From: Azolla caroliniana
Taxonomy: Eukaryota > Plantae > Polypodiophyta
Length of the DNA stretch: 64,000 nucleotides
Assembly (NCBI GenBank): GCA_043228905.1
Contig: JBHGNT010000004.1
Span: 3,410,001 to 3,474,000 of the forward strand
Reading direction: 5' to 3'
Below, piece after piece: positions 10,734 to 25,600 of this stretch (position 1 is its first letter; every line of letters starts with the position of its first letter). Both the position numbers and the translations under genes were made by a program. The notes beneath the pieces are model-generated. The model was not told where the DNA came from, searched no databases, and saw only the letters and a list, made by a program, of their open reading frames with translations.

Positions 10734-13208
10734 TCAGACCTTCAATGGGCATGCACTCTCAAATTCCTGTTGTTGCTTCCTGCACAGCTTGAACTCGTTG
10801 CCATAATAATCCATGCATTTTGCAAAAGCATCCATCTCCTTTGGGCACTTATCATGAAGTTCTTTAAGTCTGCATATGAAGAAAATGTCATATCATATCC
10901 TTTCATTTACATATGCTATTCAAGACTCAAAACATTAAGCTACAGTCAATCACATGCCAAGAACACCAAACTAAGATACACAAATGACTCCCACAATTTA
11001 CAGGCCTGAAAATTTCCCACTAAAGAACATCTCAAGACTTCCAACTGCCAATGTTAATGCATACATAGCCATCAATCAATATTATCCGAAGTTCGTGTTC
11101 GTTTTTATGCATCTCATCTTAACTGAAAAGCAATAATAGAAATCTATGTGATTCTCTTATACAAACACAGATGTTCTAATATCAAGAAAGAAACTTACAT
11201 AGGAAAAAAGAGATGGCAGCAAAGGCATTAAGAAAGAGAAAAGTCGCAGATAAGAGGCTTCTTAAACACTTATTTGATTCCTACCAAGCCTTGCCTGTTG
11301 CAGCCCCTGCGGTCGACCTTGACACCAACCATAATGGCACATTTCCTTATTCCTAAACTGAGGAAACAGCATTTTGGCTCTTTCTTTTTCATGGATGTGC
11401 AGGTATCACAAGAAACATTTTCCATGGTTTTGTGGTTCCGTTTTGTTCAGATACATGTGAAACATGTCTTCATCTTTGATGAGGACACTTGGGATTGTTC
11501 CAGAGATGGAGATAGTGTTCTCCTTGACAAATTTAGTGCATGGCACACTGTATCATATTTAAGACTTAATGAAAGAGGAACCCGCCAAGTAGAAAACATG
11601 CATAACGCTGAGGACACAAGTGGATGCATGCTACCATTGACCAAGATAACTGCCCTCTTCCTCAGATGAGAGAAAATTAGGGAATTTCGCAACAGTGTCC
11701 ATAAATTTGAATTAATAATAGAAAAAGAGGCTTGATAAAACATCGGTTCATTCTCTAGGGTTGCAGCGAATTCTGGCCTGACGCTGTCCTTGAGAACATG
11801 ATGGTGACTTGGATGGTGCCTTTTTGTGGATTGCTCATGGTCAGTAGTCTTCATCTTGAGAAAATAATGACAGCTATTGACCATGAATAATCCACACAAG
11901 ATGATTGTCGATAATTTTGGCATTGCCTTTTACTATTGATAAGAACGATTCATTGAACCCTAAGTACAAATCATCACTTCCACATGCGGTAACATGCACA
12001 TAAAACAGAAAAATCCTATGGAGAGACCATTTCTCACATGTAGATCCAATACCTATGAAGAACAGATTTGTATAAACTTAAGAGCCTAATTGACATTCAA
12101 AAACTCACACTTGAAGAAACATCTAATGTGGCGTATTGATGGATGGCTAGAAACACTCACCTAGATACATCCCTGTGATTTCAATCTCCATTAAATCCAT
12201 TCATATGATTTTCATCTTCTCTCAAAATCCATTCCACGAATTTCACATGAATTTTCTCTCTCGAACTCAAATTCAACGTTAAGTTCAAATGTTTTCTTAC
12301 TGTCACTAAAAAATCATCCTTAATCTTTGACTTTGAAAAAACACATTGAGTGTCCCTTCATCTCGACTATATGATTGATATTCAGAAGTACATAATCCTA
12401 TTTTAGGAGTTCCATATCTTAAGTTATGGCAAAAATAAACCAGTCAGAACCTAAAAATCTCCATAAAAATGAAAAATGGAAACGTCTCATCTTCTCTCAA
12501 ATCCATTCCGGGAATTTCACTTGAATGTTCTCTCTCAAATTCAAATACAGCGTTAAGTTTCCATGTTTTCTTACTGTCACTCAAAATCCATCCTTATCTT
12601 TGACCTTGGAAAACCACATTGTATGTCCCTTCATCTTGACTATATGATTGATACTCAGGAGTACACCGTCCTATTTTAGGATTACCATATCGTAAATTAT
12701 GGCAAAAATAAACCATCAGAACCTAAAAATCTCCATAAAAATGGAAAATGAGTGCATGAAAGCAAAAGGCATTCAAGAAAGGAACCTATCCTCCTCTTAA
12801 GGATGAGAACCAGCAGTAGGATTTCCATGGGTCATGGAAGCCACAGATATCCAAGAAAATTCTAGAGCTTATCCTGCTCTGAGGGGTCGAAACAGCAATA
12901 TCAGGGTTTCTTTTTATGACGCATCAAGCAGAGCGGAGAAGGAGAAGGAGACGGAGGAACAAACTGAGCGGGAAGAAGGAAGAATCCTTAGCAAGAGAAA
13001 GGAGGAGGGTAGCTTACATGGATAGAGTGCAGCGAGTAACATCGAGACCTCTGTGGAGGCACTTCTCAGGGTTGGGATCAGAACGTTTGCAGTCAAAGAA
13101 AGCCTTGTTCTCTGCGCGGCAGCTTTCAGAGAGGTGCTTGGAGGCAGTGATGAGGACAGAGGAAGTGGTGATGGGGACATAAGCAGGCTGAGGGTCCTTG
13201 TTAGCCAT
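10734..13208 (-). CDS. NDUFA8: NADH dehydrogenase [ubiquinone] 1 alpha subcomplex subunit 8, 2 exons (13208-13018, 10869-10734), 108 aa
   Basis: The spliced product MANKDPQPAYVPITTSSVLITASKHLSESCRAENKAFFDCKRSDPNPEKCLHRGLDVTRCTLSI/LKELHDKCPKEMDAFAKCMDYYGNEFKLCRKQQQEFESACPLKV has the CX9C pairs typical of plant NDUFA8. GT-AG intron in phase 2. Confidence 0.95.
12212..12750. repeat. Diverged tandem duplication, about 275-bp unit x2, inside the NDUFA8 intron
   Basis: Copies start TCATCTTCTCTCAAA at 12212 and 12487 and align through to CAGAACCTAAAAATCTCCATAAAAATG. Confidence 0.92.
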
Positions 13209-14732
13209 AGCTCCTTCTCCGTCTCAGATCACAACTGTCGTTATAACGAGAGAAGAAGAAAAATTTCTTTTACTGTTGTTTCCTTCTGCAATATGTATAT
13301 CTCCCCTGCAGGCTGCAACACAAACAACCCCACACACACTCTTTTAAAAGCCTTTTCTGTTTTATTTGCCCAGACAGACAGACAGACAGAGAGCTCTCTT
13401 CAGGAAAAGCTCTGTCCCCTGCCTCTGCCTGCCCTTCCATTTCTCACCATGTATTTGGCCCCACCATTATAGCCTCGGCTTCCTATCACACACCCACCCA
13501 CCGACCCGCCTTTCCGAGCATCTATATGTAAGTAAGCATGTATATGTATGCTTACCTTTCAATCGCCCACCCATATCCCATTTTGGTCTGTCATCTTAAG
13601 TGCTATTCAAATATACCCCCATCAATCCATTGCATACTTCGTCCATAAGCACCTTTGTCTCTCTCTCTCTCTCTCTCTACCTTACTGAGTCACATACATC
13701 ATTATTCCGACCTTTTGCTACTACACCTTTTGCTCGATCTTAACAATAACCACATTCAATCAAAGATGGGGCACCCATCCCAGCGATTTGATCACTTAAC
13801 AAAATCGTGAAGTCCGATCCTCTCTGGGAATAAATATACCGACATCAATTCTCAACCAGATTAAAGGGTGTCGCTTAAAAACAAGTTATCCACAAAAAAT
13901 AGACCTGCAATTCGATTCAATCCGTTCTCATGCAAGGTAGTGCCAAAGATGTACTTAAAAAGTGTATGTGCATTACATGGATGGTTGGAAGTTGAAACTG
14001 GATAGGACAGAGTGAGTCGTCGTCGAGAAAGTGGTTGAAAAGAGTGAATCATACATTAATCAAAACATCAAATGAGCTTTGGATCATGTGCATATGTGGT
14101 ATTTCACCATGCACATTATTAGGCAATCCTTCTACTTTGATTATTCATCCAATCATAATATTAAAATTTGCGTACAGGTATAGCATTTGACTCTGAAGTC
14201 CACTAAGTGGTAGAGACTATGAAAAAACAGAAGACACAACAAGACATAACCTGCTAATTCTTGTCGTGCAAGCATTGCCTTTAAAATCACAGACGGGACT
14301 TATAATGTACCGACAAATGATAGCTTACAGATTCAAAGCTTATCTCATTAAAAGATTAAAGTATAAAGTCATGGTTTAAGGGAGCTTCTCGATGTTTGAA
14401 TGTCGTGTTTATTCCACAGCTGTTGATATTAAGGATAATCGTATTTAATATATGGACCTGCACAGCATATGCATATGAAGACAAGGTTCTGCCTTGCCTT
14501 CAAGTTTGTCCTAAGCTTCTCATATCAAATAATAAAAAATAGTTTATAGTTTCATGACAAGAACCTAACTACTTCAAGCATATGACTATACTTCTGGCAC
14601 TGGTCACCTTCAAACCAGTGAATGGAAGCTGTGTCTCAATAGCATTTAGTTTTCATTTGCGTAACATTTCTTACTCAAAAGATCTCTCTTACAATCACAC
14701 AATCCGAGGAAAATTCCTTTTTCATTCAGAAT

Positions 14733-17700
14733 TTAAATAGCATTTAAGGCCTCCAATTGCCTCTGCAAATCATCCAAGTCTCCATTTTCAGTAATTACTT
14801 GATCCTCGTTTGGCACCGAGTTGTCAGCATTTGGCAATTCCCATACCAATCCCTCAGGTAAGCCCTCTGCAGAACAAGAGTTTCTTGAAATAATGTTCCA
14901 ATAAAAGTGCTCTATAAACTATTAAATACTGAGCAACCAATAATATGTTTACATCCCATAGGAACTATATTAATGATTTGTGTGCACATAGTCTCCACGG
15001 AACAGAGAAAAAAACTACATGTGAATACGAAAAAGACCGACGATTAAATTGATTGTACCTAATAGGAACTATATTATTGCTTGGGACATAAACATATGCA
15101 TACTTTTCTTATTCACTTGTTAAATCTACATTTGTGCTCATGCACACATACATCCATATGCATACCTGGTTGGTGGATTTTTGAAGTCGCATCAGACACA
15201 AGAATCTCATCGTCATCTTCAACCACACTATAATATTAGATCTAGCCACATTAGTACATCAAAATGATACCATGATGTAGTTTACATCTTATAAAAAACA
15301 TGTACATGATAATCTCAAATCTATGATATCAAAATGATCACATAATGTAGTTTACATCATAGAACACTAAAATACACTAAGTTTCTAAAAGTTACCAGAA
15401 TACCACTGTGGTATAAAACTTACTACAGATGGGTAAATTTTGAAAACATACGGGTGACATAAAAAAAGTCGGGTATTTTGGCCTTTTGCCTGAGCAACCC
15501 GGAAAAAATATTTCTTTATTTAGGTTGTCAAAAAACTAGGAATTTGCTTACCTTATATTCCATACATTCTCAGAATGTATTGGGACGATAGACGATGCTT
15601 CTGTTTCTGCTCTTGCAGCCTCAGCTGCAGCTAAAGCTGCATCTCTTGCAGGTTTGTTTTCATTGTATTCCCTCTGTCATCTTTGGTGGATCAGATATAT
15701 ATAACATGTATACATTATTCTGACATTTATTAAAATTGTTTTTAGCTGGCTGATGCAAGGCAACAACCTTCTCTCAAAAAATTGGCTTCAACGCAATTCT
15801 AGAAAATTGATCATAATGGTCATTCTGATTTTACCTGACGATCTAGGCAAGCTCGATTAGAACACTGAGGATTTGGACGCATTTCCATAGTAGGGAAATA
15901 ATCCTTCAGCGCACCATAGCCCTGTAGAGTTGAACTCTTATCAGCCACAAAGCTCAAAGGAAAACACGAGATAGGCGATGAATGGAGCTATTCAGGAGCC
16001 GTAAAAGTTTATGTTCTAGAAACCACGCAGCTTAAAAGATGAAAATTACCAAATACTTGGAGACATGACCAAATTTCAATAAGTATTTCAGAGTATTCTG
16101 CACTAGAAGCCCAGCAACAATCCCCTGCATACACACCAAAAAAGATTTTCTAACCATAGCAGTACACCAACACTATTTTCAAGAAAAAGAAATAACTCAA
16201 ATGTATAAATAGATAGTAGATTCCATGTTCAGGACAAGACCTGAACATTTAAAATTTAATTTAGAAGTTGGGTCCTTTATCTAATGATTTTCACACACAG
16301 CTTGAACCCTAGATGTGATAAATCCATCCGAAACATTGACCCACAATATTCAAGCACTAACAGGTCAAAAACTCAAACATGCATTTTTATGGATATAATT
16401 AGTACACATTCAAATCCTTCAAGACCAAACGGTTCATTAACAATTATTCTACAAAAAGCTACAACAAATCATATTATTTTTAAATTCTTTATTACAGTTA
16501 TTCACAGCTAAATCATTAAGATTTGGCATTAAGTTACCATTGTTGTGGGAAGTGATGCAGCACAAACACCCTCCCGTTTCAGAGTTCGCTCGTCAATTCC
16601 AGATGCCACAATCTGCCATATGGATTGTGCAACCAGTGAACAACCATCCAAAATAAAAATGAATGTGCATAAATTGTAACACATGAGTTTAAACCGTAGC
16701 AGTCATGAATTATGAGTTTTTCATATTCTAGACATAGTCATAAATAGACATAAATCAAAGCCATACATCACAAGAGACACCCAGTTTTGGACAGAACAAA
16801 CTATAAAGAGAGTCATAATGATATATACCAATGGCGGAGCACAAGCAAAACATGCAGTCTCCCCTGGAATAAGTAGCTGTATGTGCCCTGAGACAGCATC
16901 TTCTGAAACTCCTGGAATTTACAAAGAACAATATTCAGATTTTATTTTTAAAAATTCTTTCAATGTTTCAAGAGAAACAAATTTATCAGAGGGTTTTTTG
17001 TTGAATCATGCGTCCACTTGACGCACATAGCACAAGACTTTATCATACCTGACTCCATCCATGTCTGTCCAAGTTCATTGCATGCCTGCATAAATTAAAA
17101 ATAAAAAGTCAACGATAATGAAAAGACATTTGCTGTAAGTCTACATTTTTTAATAGAAGCCACAGAAATGGTACAGTAAAGCTGATTTTATAAACTGATG
17201 GTTTCAAGCACAAGGCAAGGTTGATGCAACATAGAAGAGATATATGTGTTATCATGAATGCTTAGAACTAGAAGACCAGAACAGGATTAAATTATGTTAT
17301 TCTTTCTATAATCTTTCATTTATAAAACGTAACATAACAAACTGTGCCTTGGTGCCAATCAATGTATCCAATTATTAGCTTGCAAATATTATCTTAAGAT
17401 GTCTATTTGTTTCATAGCTATGGAGAGGATAGTATGCTACCTTTGGGCAGCATTCAGGTAAGTATATCTGATCTTATATATGCTTAATTATATGTTTTCC
17501 AATACTGTTCAAGTTGATCAACCAAATAGTAAGCAGCATATAGCTAAAATCTATTAAATGATCTAATGACAAAACTCTCATTTACACAATATTTATGGCT
17601 TCTACAGTCCATAAAACCAGAACAACCAAATGTGGAGATTTCCCATTTTCGATTATATGCGGCAGAAGCAAGAGATACCATGTTATACTGCTGAGATGTG

Positions 17701-20497
17701 ACAGTGTACCTGATTCACAACCATGCGAGCTTCATAGTTGTCAACACAACTTAGAACAAGGTCCACCCCTGTTGCCTGACCTTGTGTATTACTCATGACT
17801 TGACATGTCAAGCTCTTCATAAAATTTTTGAAGCCATCCATTGTTGTAATATTGCTTGTGTAACTCTGTTTTCATGAAACATATGTTTCTTGAAATCTTC
17901 ATAGACTAAATGATAAGCATCCATATAGCAACTATTATTCAAAACATAAAAAGACATTATTCAATTTAAACAATGTCACATATTTCACAGCTCATTTTAC
18001 AATTTCTTCCTTCTCTTGGAAAACCATCAGTGGACTACCTCAAGAATCACATCTGGATTTATGTCAGCTAAAGTTTGCACAGCTGCATCTGTCTTGGTCA
18101 TACCAGCCTGCAATGTTGTGTTACATCGTTAAGGTGGGTTTATAATAAACAGAGAGGAAAAGATTTCAACAACTAGAACAAGACAAATTTCTGTCATTTG
18201 GATGCATTCACAATATGGAAGTAAGAAGTAGAGAGGGTCTTCAAGTTAACCCATATGTATGGGCATGGATTCCTTCTGGTTCCCCATGATAACTTTAGGA
18301 TTCAGACCCCATAATGGATGAGCATTTGAAACCAGCTATTGAAGATTTCAGAATTGAGGAGAATTCATACGCATGTGCCAAGCACAGGTAGGATAATCAA
18401 ATGAATAGTTCTCTAGGATAGCGATGCATTATATGTGTATTAACCATTCGACATGACATGCATCCAAAGCTATTATTTCTAATACAATATGAAAGCTACC
18501 CAATTAACTCTTGTTTTTGTTTAGACACATATTATGACCAACTTACAAACACGAATGAATGTGCTACCTGTTCAGGGCGGAAAAACAGCCTATTCATGTT
18601 TGCTAATTCAACAGTGTCATAGTCATAAAGCAGCAAACGACCAATCCCACATCTAGTGAGCATTTCTGCAGCCACGCTCCCTACTCCACCAATGCCCTTA
18701 AGTCAAAACCACAATAAATGTGAGGGTTTGGATCAAGTGTAAAACAGTTCATTTATATCTCTTACCACAATAGCAACAGAGAAGCTCCGAATCTGTTCAT
18801 AGTTATCCACTATACCCATACGCTTAAGAGCCATCAGTCTACTGTAAGGATTACTATCAACCACCTCAGAGCTCATCTCCTGAAGGGATAACAAACAATA
18901 TTCTTGTTATTTAACCAGATAAACACTTACGTGATTTCAAAGAAAGAACGCAACCTTGATTTTCTCTCGTCTTTGTTGTGGGAGGGATTTTGAAATAGAA
19001 AGAATCCTGTCTGCATGATATTGCAGCTGTAAACAAATGCATCTAAGTAAGATTACACCAAATTATCATTCAATTTTGTGGATGTAATTTTATCTACAAA
19101 TTAACATTGAAATTGTGTAAATCGATCAACTTGTTTTATCAACTAGAGAATGGTAGCTCCATCATATTAGAATAAGCAAAGCCAAATTTTAATAGCATAG
19201 TTCTAAGGAGTCTTAATTTCCTCAAATTTCGCACTTTAATAATGTGAAATAATCCATCTAGTTCCATTTATAATGAAAGGCCTTGTTTCAAAAATATTGT
19301 AGAACGAAAGAGCAAAAGAAAAGAATATTACTGCGGCAGCATACCTTACATAAATAGCATGTGTCCTTGCGACCATGTATCACATTTAAAACTAGGGGTA
19401 GAAACATGCAAATGTAAACTAGAAAATAAGTTATATGAAGCTAATTTTGGTACATTATACACACAAAAGCATGTTTAAATGTCACGTGCATGTTGATTTT
19501 GCCCAAATTTGGTAGCTCTCAATGGAAATTTTAGTTTTTCACTGAATTTTTTGTGCATCAAGTTGGTGATACATGTGTTTCTTATTACCCCAAAATCTTA
19601 AAAGGACAGCCTATATAATCAAATTAGGGTAATAGTAATAGCCTTTGGGCTTGAGTCACATGGAAAGCTCTAGGAAATCATAACTATTTTCGACATTTAT
19701 TTCATATGGGATTGATTTTTTCTGGTGACCATATCATAGTGGTAAGCCTTTTTTTTACTAATCCATACACTTGATCAAATCCCACCAATTTCCTCAATGA
19801 CCATACAAAATGTAGGAGTTGAAGACATCACCTTCTCTTAGCCCCACAACCTTACCAATCAATCAACAACTGTTGATCAAACATTTTGCACCATTCTTGA
19901 TTTCTCTACATAGCCTTAGTCACATCGTCTAGCCATTAGTACATCATCCATATTTCTAAATATCTACAAATGTCAAAACTTTCCAGGTCTTTCCTATAAT
20001 ATTGAAAGGATGATAATAAAGCACCATGACATACTCCATTCTTGTAAGATTATTAAGAATGGGGGATATCATTCCAATGAGTTATGCTATACAAAGTGCG
20101 AGACTCAAATCACTTTACCTTGTTTCAGAAATTTCTTATTTTGAGTATACTGCTTTTATTCAGTGGAATCGTGCATAATTCTATGGTATGGACCATGAAG
20201 ATTTAAACTTTTCATATTTTTGGTTTTCTTTTTCCTCATTAAGGCTAAGATCTCCAGATCATGCAATATGTATATAATGCACAGATCGATCATTTTATAT
20301 AGAAATCTCAGATACATGAGAAATTCATGGAATTCCCAGAGTGTTTTGCATTTCGTTTCTGTTTTTCTTGGGCTTTTTTCTTATATAAGGAGACAACATA
20401 CTACCTGTGAGAGATGCGAATGATGGGAAGGATCGTGCGAGAGAGAATGGCGGAGAAGATCTAATGTGGAGAGGAGCGCTTCCACTTCCTTCTCCAT
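14733..20497 (-). CDS. UBA5: Ubiquitin-like modifier-activating enzyme 5 (UFM1 E1), 14 exons, about 435 aa
   Basis: Exons 20497-20405, 19026-18955, 18879-18766, 18696-18568, 18107-18039, 17865-17710, 17085-17049, 16911-16829, 16612-16538, 16124-16050, 15921-15835, 15673-15552, 15227-15166, 14866-14733 are all GT-AG and in frame. They give [35 protein letters not shown], catalytic [16 protein letters not shown] (UFM1/ATG8-binding-like) and C-terminal [14 protein letters not shown]. Confidence 0.97.
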
Positions 20498-22604
20498 AAT
20501 TACTTACTCCAGCAGCAGCAGCAGCAAAACAGAGCACACAACAGAAGTCAGCTTTATTTGCGTTAAAAACACACATATTATTATTAGAGAAAACACCTGA
20601 GTTTTTTTATTTCCCAAAATGCCCCTCCTTCTTGACCTTTCTATTTGTTCCCTATTTACATTTGAGACTTGGTTAATCCAACCAACATTATGCGTGCTCT
20701 TTGTGGGTTACATAGTGTATTAAGTTGCATTTCCATTAGAATCAATTTTTACATAGAGGTGTTGGGTGGGAATGACTTTTTCGTAAGCATGGCAACTTAA
20801 TTCCATTTCTTCTCTGACTATTTGTGGCTATTTAAAGGTTGGGAGATTTATGAAAAAAATATTGCTAGACAAAGTTTATGTAACGAACACAATATGTGTT
20901 CGAGTTTAATTTCCATACGGGGTCATTATGACCCTTCGTGACAGTGAAAAGCTAAAATCGTTTGTTATTCTAATAATATCAATGTGAGATGCATTGGTAC
21001 CTTCTTTCCTTGATGGATAACCCATTCATTTGAGCAATCCTAAGGTTTGTTATTTGTCAATAGTAATATGTGGAACCTATTGGGATGGAAACCTTCAACA
21101 AATGAAACAATTGTTATGTAGGGTGTCCCTAACATATTATGAATTGTGCGAATAATTGATCGTTAATGTTAGAATATGTAACCTTACCTAAAAGCTTGCA
21201 TGGTCGTCTTGTTGGATAAAAAAGGTATGATGTTGAGGAATGTCTTTGAAAACGAAGATTTGAATCCTAATAATTCAAGAACCACTCGGACTTTAATGAG
21301 AATTCTATATACTAGAAGTTGCATGCAACGTTTGAGATAGATGATTATAAAGGTTCTAGAATATCTATGGACCAAGCAAATGATCATTATGCAATAAGTA
21401 GATAGAGATTAAGGAAATAGCTAGTGGAAATGAGATGTCACAAAGGTAAGCATTTCCTTAAAAATCATAGTATCCAATTTCATTGTTGCGGAAGACTATC
21501 AAGGAATGTTTAATAAGTGACACATGCAGTAGAATTTATGTGATAAAACTAGTATTTGGGTACATTGATAAAGAAGTATGTTAGGGTTATATTTGTGTTA
21601 AACTTGAAAAGGACTTTGGACGCTCAAAGCATATTTTCCAATAAATATTGAGGATATAGCTAGTGAGTAAATGGTTGTACTTGACACAACCAAAGATTAT
21701 GTGTGTCATGTTCTTAGCTCGATTGTGGTAATGTTAAATTTGACCATTGATGAAGTCTATATGCTTTGAAAACCTTGATGAAAGCTCATGATTTCAATGA
21801 GAATGATATATATTACATTTTTTGTGATACATATTTATTTCTCCTAGATATGAGATTGTGCCGCAAAATTCAGGTAGCAATTACATTAGGTTTGACATAA
21901 GACCAAAATGCTTAGGCATAAAATTACAAACATTGTTTTCCCAATGCAAATTTTGGAGTAAAAATAATAATATTGGCAATTGATCATCCTTCATTACATC
22001 ATCAACATGATCTATATTCCACTTGTGAGGAAGTTGTTGGAAATGTAAACTTACAAAATATGATATTAATCGTTCGAATAATTCTTCTTATGAGTTTCGT
22101 ATAGATTTAATTGATTAATTGCACACAATTTTGAAAATTCAGTATATTGCCAAAGGATTGTACATTTGCATGGTTAATCAACATATCATGACACAAGGAT
22201 GGTTGTAGCCTACACTCAAGATCTAATTTTGCATGTATCACAATTGATGACCAAACAAGGCATTACATTCTAGACAAAAATGTGACAACATTATCTTATT
22301 CATCAAACAAGAGACATTGGATATCCTTTGAAATTTTATGGTTATAGAGTCACAAGATTTGCCTTATTAAAATCCTTATAGTTTGAATACATCAATAAAG
22401 CACTAGCTTTGCATTATGACCTCAAGATTGTTGGTTTGATTTTTGAGCCAACTAATTCCATCATGTTGCTTTGAAAAAATCAATTCTTTACATATTCATG
22501 TTCTACCACCCAAGGGTTGAAAAATGGTAGTGTCAAATGATAGGATTTATACACACATATACTTATGCATCTTGCACAAATGGATCAAACTATTCCACTA
22601 CTTA

Positions 22605-25600
22605 TTAGACACATTGTGCTTGGGCTTGTTGTTGTATCTTTTCATATGCTCTCCAAGAAACCTCAGCAAATGAAGCCATGGACTTGAAGATCTTTGGAAG
22701 ATGTTGTTTAAGAACCTCGAGAGTACTAATTTTATGGTCTCCTATTATACCACTCCTTTCCTCCCACCATCTACTACTACCATTACTACTACTAACACTA
22801 CTTATATCCAATTTTCTGAATGAGAATGTGTGCTTATGATTCAACTTCTTAGCATGTTTTTCTTCCCGTCTTTTCAATTTTAAGTCACGAGATTGAATCT
22901 TATATAGTAAATGAACGTCACTAGCAAACCTATTGATATTGTCCATGGATTCCTTGTGGTAGGGGTCTAGGCTCAAAAGAGACTCTCTCCATTCTTTAAG
23001 TAACCAAAAGACATGCGCCCTACTCCAATCACACATATCTTCTTTTCCTTTTTTTACTCCATCTTTATTTTCATCATTTACTTGACAATGCATTTGTGAC
23101 CATGTGTATAGATCACTTATGTACTTTTTATGGTATTGAAGCCAATTGTTTAGGTGGTCATTCCATTCCAAAAGCTCGAATTCGAGCTTCAATGTAGCAT
23201 CTTTTTGTGCTTTACTTGGCTCCTCTATACTAACCTCAAAAGCGTCATCAATCTCTAATGTGGTTTCCTCTTGAGCTTGGTGGCATTCTGACATTATCTT
23301 CCACATATCCACTAACCTGTACTAAAGTCAACCAAAATTAGACAAACACAAAACGTAGTCGCAATATGCATATGCATCACAAGCATCCTCATTATAAATG
23401 GCTAGCTTAGCTTTGGTGAACAAAGGAGGCATGGAATGCTTGAGAGGTTCACAATGAAATATGTCAACTCGATCATATGAATACAAAAGACAACATTCCT
23501 TTCGAATTCCCTTTTACACAAATAAAAAGGTGATATATGTGAGCAAAATTCACGTATTGAATAAGAAAAATGCCAAGCTCATTTTATGGAAATTTTATAG
23601 AGATTTAACTAGGCTCTAAATATGCATGACATAGAGGGTGTTCATATAGCAAAGCCCTCAAGTGTAAGAGTGGGATGCGATGCACAACATGCCCTATGCA
23701 ATGTCGGAAATGTGAGACCCACATAGGATAAGGAAACTTGTTAATGAATGAAGAACAATGCATAGAGGATATATATAAAGCACATAAAAGCAATAAAAAT
23801 GATATATATAGACACACACACACACACACATATATATACATAAGGGGAATCTAAAGAAGCTCACCCTTCCAACAATCGACATAATTGTGGGTATAATTCT
23901 TCATTTGTGAGATCCTCGATTTTCTTTGAAGTTGCTTGCATTGCCATAAGAGCCACCAACAATTGTGCATCTAATTCTTTAAGGGTAACCTTGATTCTAT
24001 CGAGCACCACGCAATTGGCATCCTTTGCTGTGAGGTCATGTAAGAGCCTACATGTGTGATCAAACATCGTCCTAATAAGTTCACCTTCCTGTAAACCAAG
24101 ATTTTTTAAAATCTTCAAAACATCCCAATCGATGCCAATATTACAAAAAAGAGTTCTAATCACGAATGAACCGGTTTTCCATTCTAAAAAAACTCAATGA
24201 GAAGATACATACATATATCGGGTGGGTGATCACATAAAAATAACAAATCAATGGACAAATGAACCAAGGAACCCAGAGTGGAGGCCATGTCACTTGGTTT
24301 CTATTGTACATTGACATGAGGCTAACATATGTAACAACATTTTTCATGTCTATGTATGTAACCATAGCCTTTTAATGGATGAATGTTCATGCCTCACATT
24401 CAATTGTGGATGGGGAATACACAGGACAGATTACCTTCACTTCATCTATTGTACATAGGCCATGTCACTTGGTTTCTATTGTACATTGACATGAGGCTAA
24501 CATATGTAACAACATTTTTCATGTCTATGTATGTAACCATAGCCTTTTAATGGATGAATGTTCATGCCTCACATTCAATTGTGGATGGGGAATACACAGG
24601 ACAGATTACCTTCACTTCATCATAGAGTTTTCTTTCCCAAGCATACAACTTTTGTAATGTTTTGATATGATTCCCAGCAGTGTCACATTCGGGCAATGTC
24701 TTATCATCTTCTTCATATGCTGTCTGAGAATGATGTGCCGACGCGATCACATCAGAAGCCAGGGACGAGCCTGGAGGCGCCGATAACTAGTTAGGATTGA
24801 ATTTTATGTCATTGATCAGATTGTGTTTAAAACAATGACCATTCAACATACTAATGATGATATATATACACACAAAGAGAAAGAGATTACTTGTACCCAT
24901 TTGATGCTGATAATAGAAGACCTTAGGTATCAAAACTCCTGAAACACACTCTCCACTCTTGTATGCTCTTTCAAATTGCTCATGGATGAACCTTACCATT
25001 TCATTATTCAATCTCTTTTGTGATGGACTCAAAGGAGCAAATGCATATTTCTCTTCATCCATGGCAGCTTCTTCCATCGCTGGAATCACAGCTTTATTAG
25101 TCATTCCAATTCGATTCTTTTCAAACCCATGTCCATCATTTGATTCTACAGTGTCTTCCTTTGATACCATTGCCACTATTCTATTCTTTTCATCAAGTCC
25201 TTGTAATGTGTCGTTCTTTGATTCATCTTGCATTTGATCGTGTAATCTCTTTACTTCTTCAATCTCCACATTCGTTTTCCGACATATCTCCTCTTCAACA
25301 ACATAGTGTGGTTCCATATCTTCCATGTCTTCGATCTCTTCTAATTCAGGCATCCCTTCATCATCATCATCATCATCATTGTACCTTTGTATTTCCATGA
25401 ATTCTTCTTCTTCTTCTTCTGAACAATCATCCATTCCAACTTCATCTTCATAGTTCTTAGCATACATTTTCCTTTCTTGTACCATTCCGACAACCCACTT
25501 CATCGTTCGCTCCTTCTCCCTCATATGATAGGGAACATGTGAAGGAGTGAAGATATCGAGCGACAACCATGAAGAGTCCGCAGAGCCATATGGCTCTAAA

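Noticed and set aside
11274-11923. Overlapping 131-aa (+) and 158-aa (-) ORFs inside the NDUFA8 intron
   Set aside because: No recognisable motifs. Mirror-frame ORFs of this size occur by chance.
11841-11977. Possible intronic C/D snoRNA (GTGATGA ... CTGA on minus)
   Set aside because: Longer than typical, weak terminal stem, and no rRNA-complementary guide that I can recognise.
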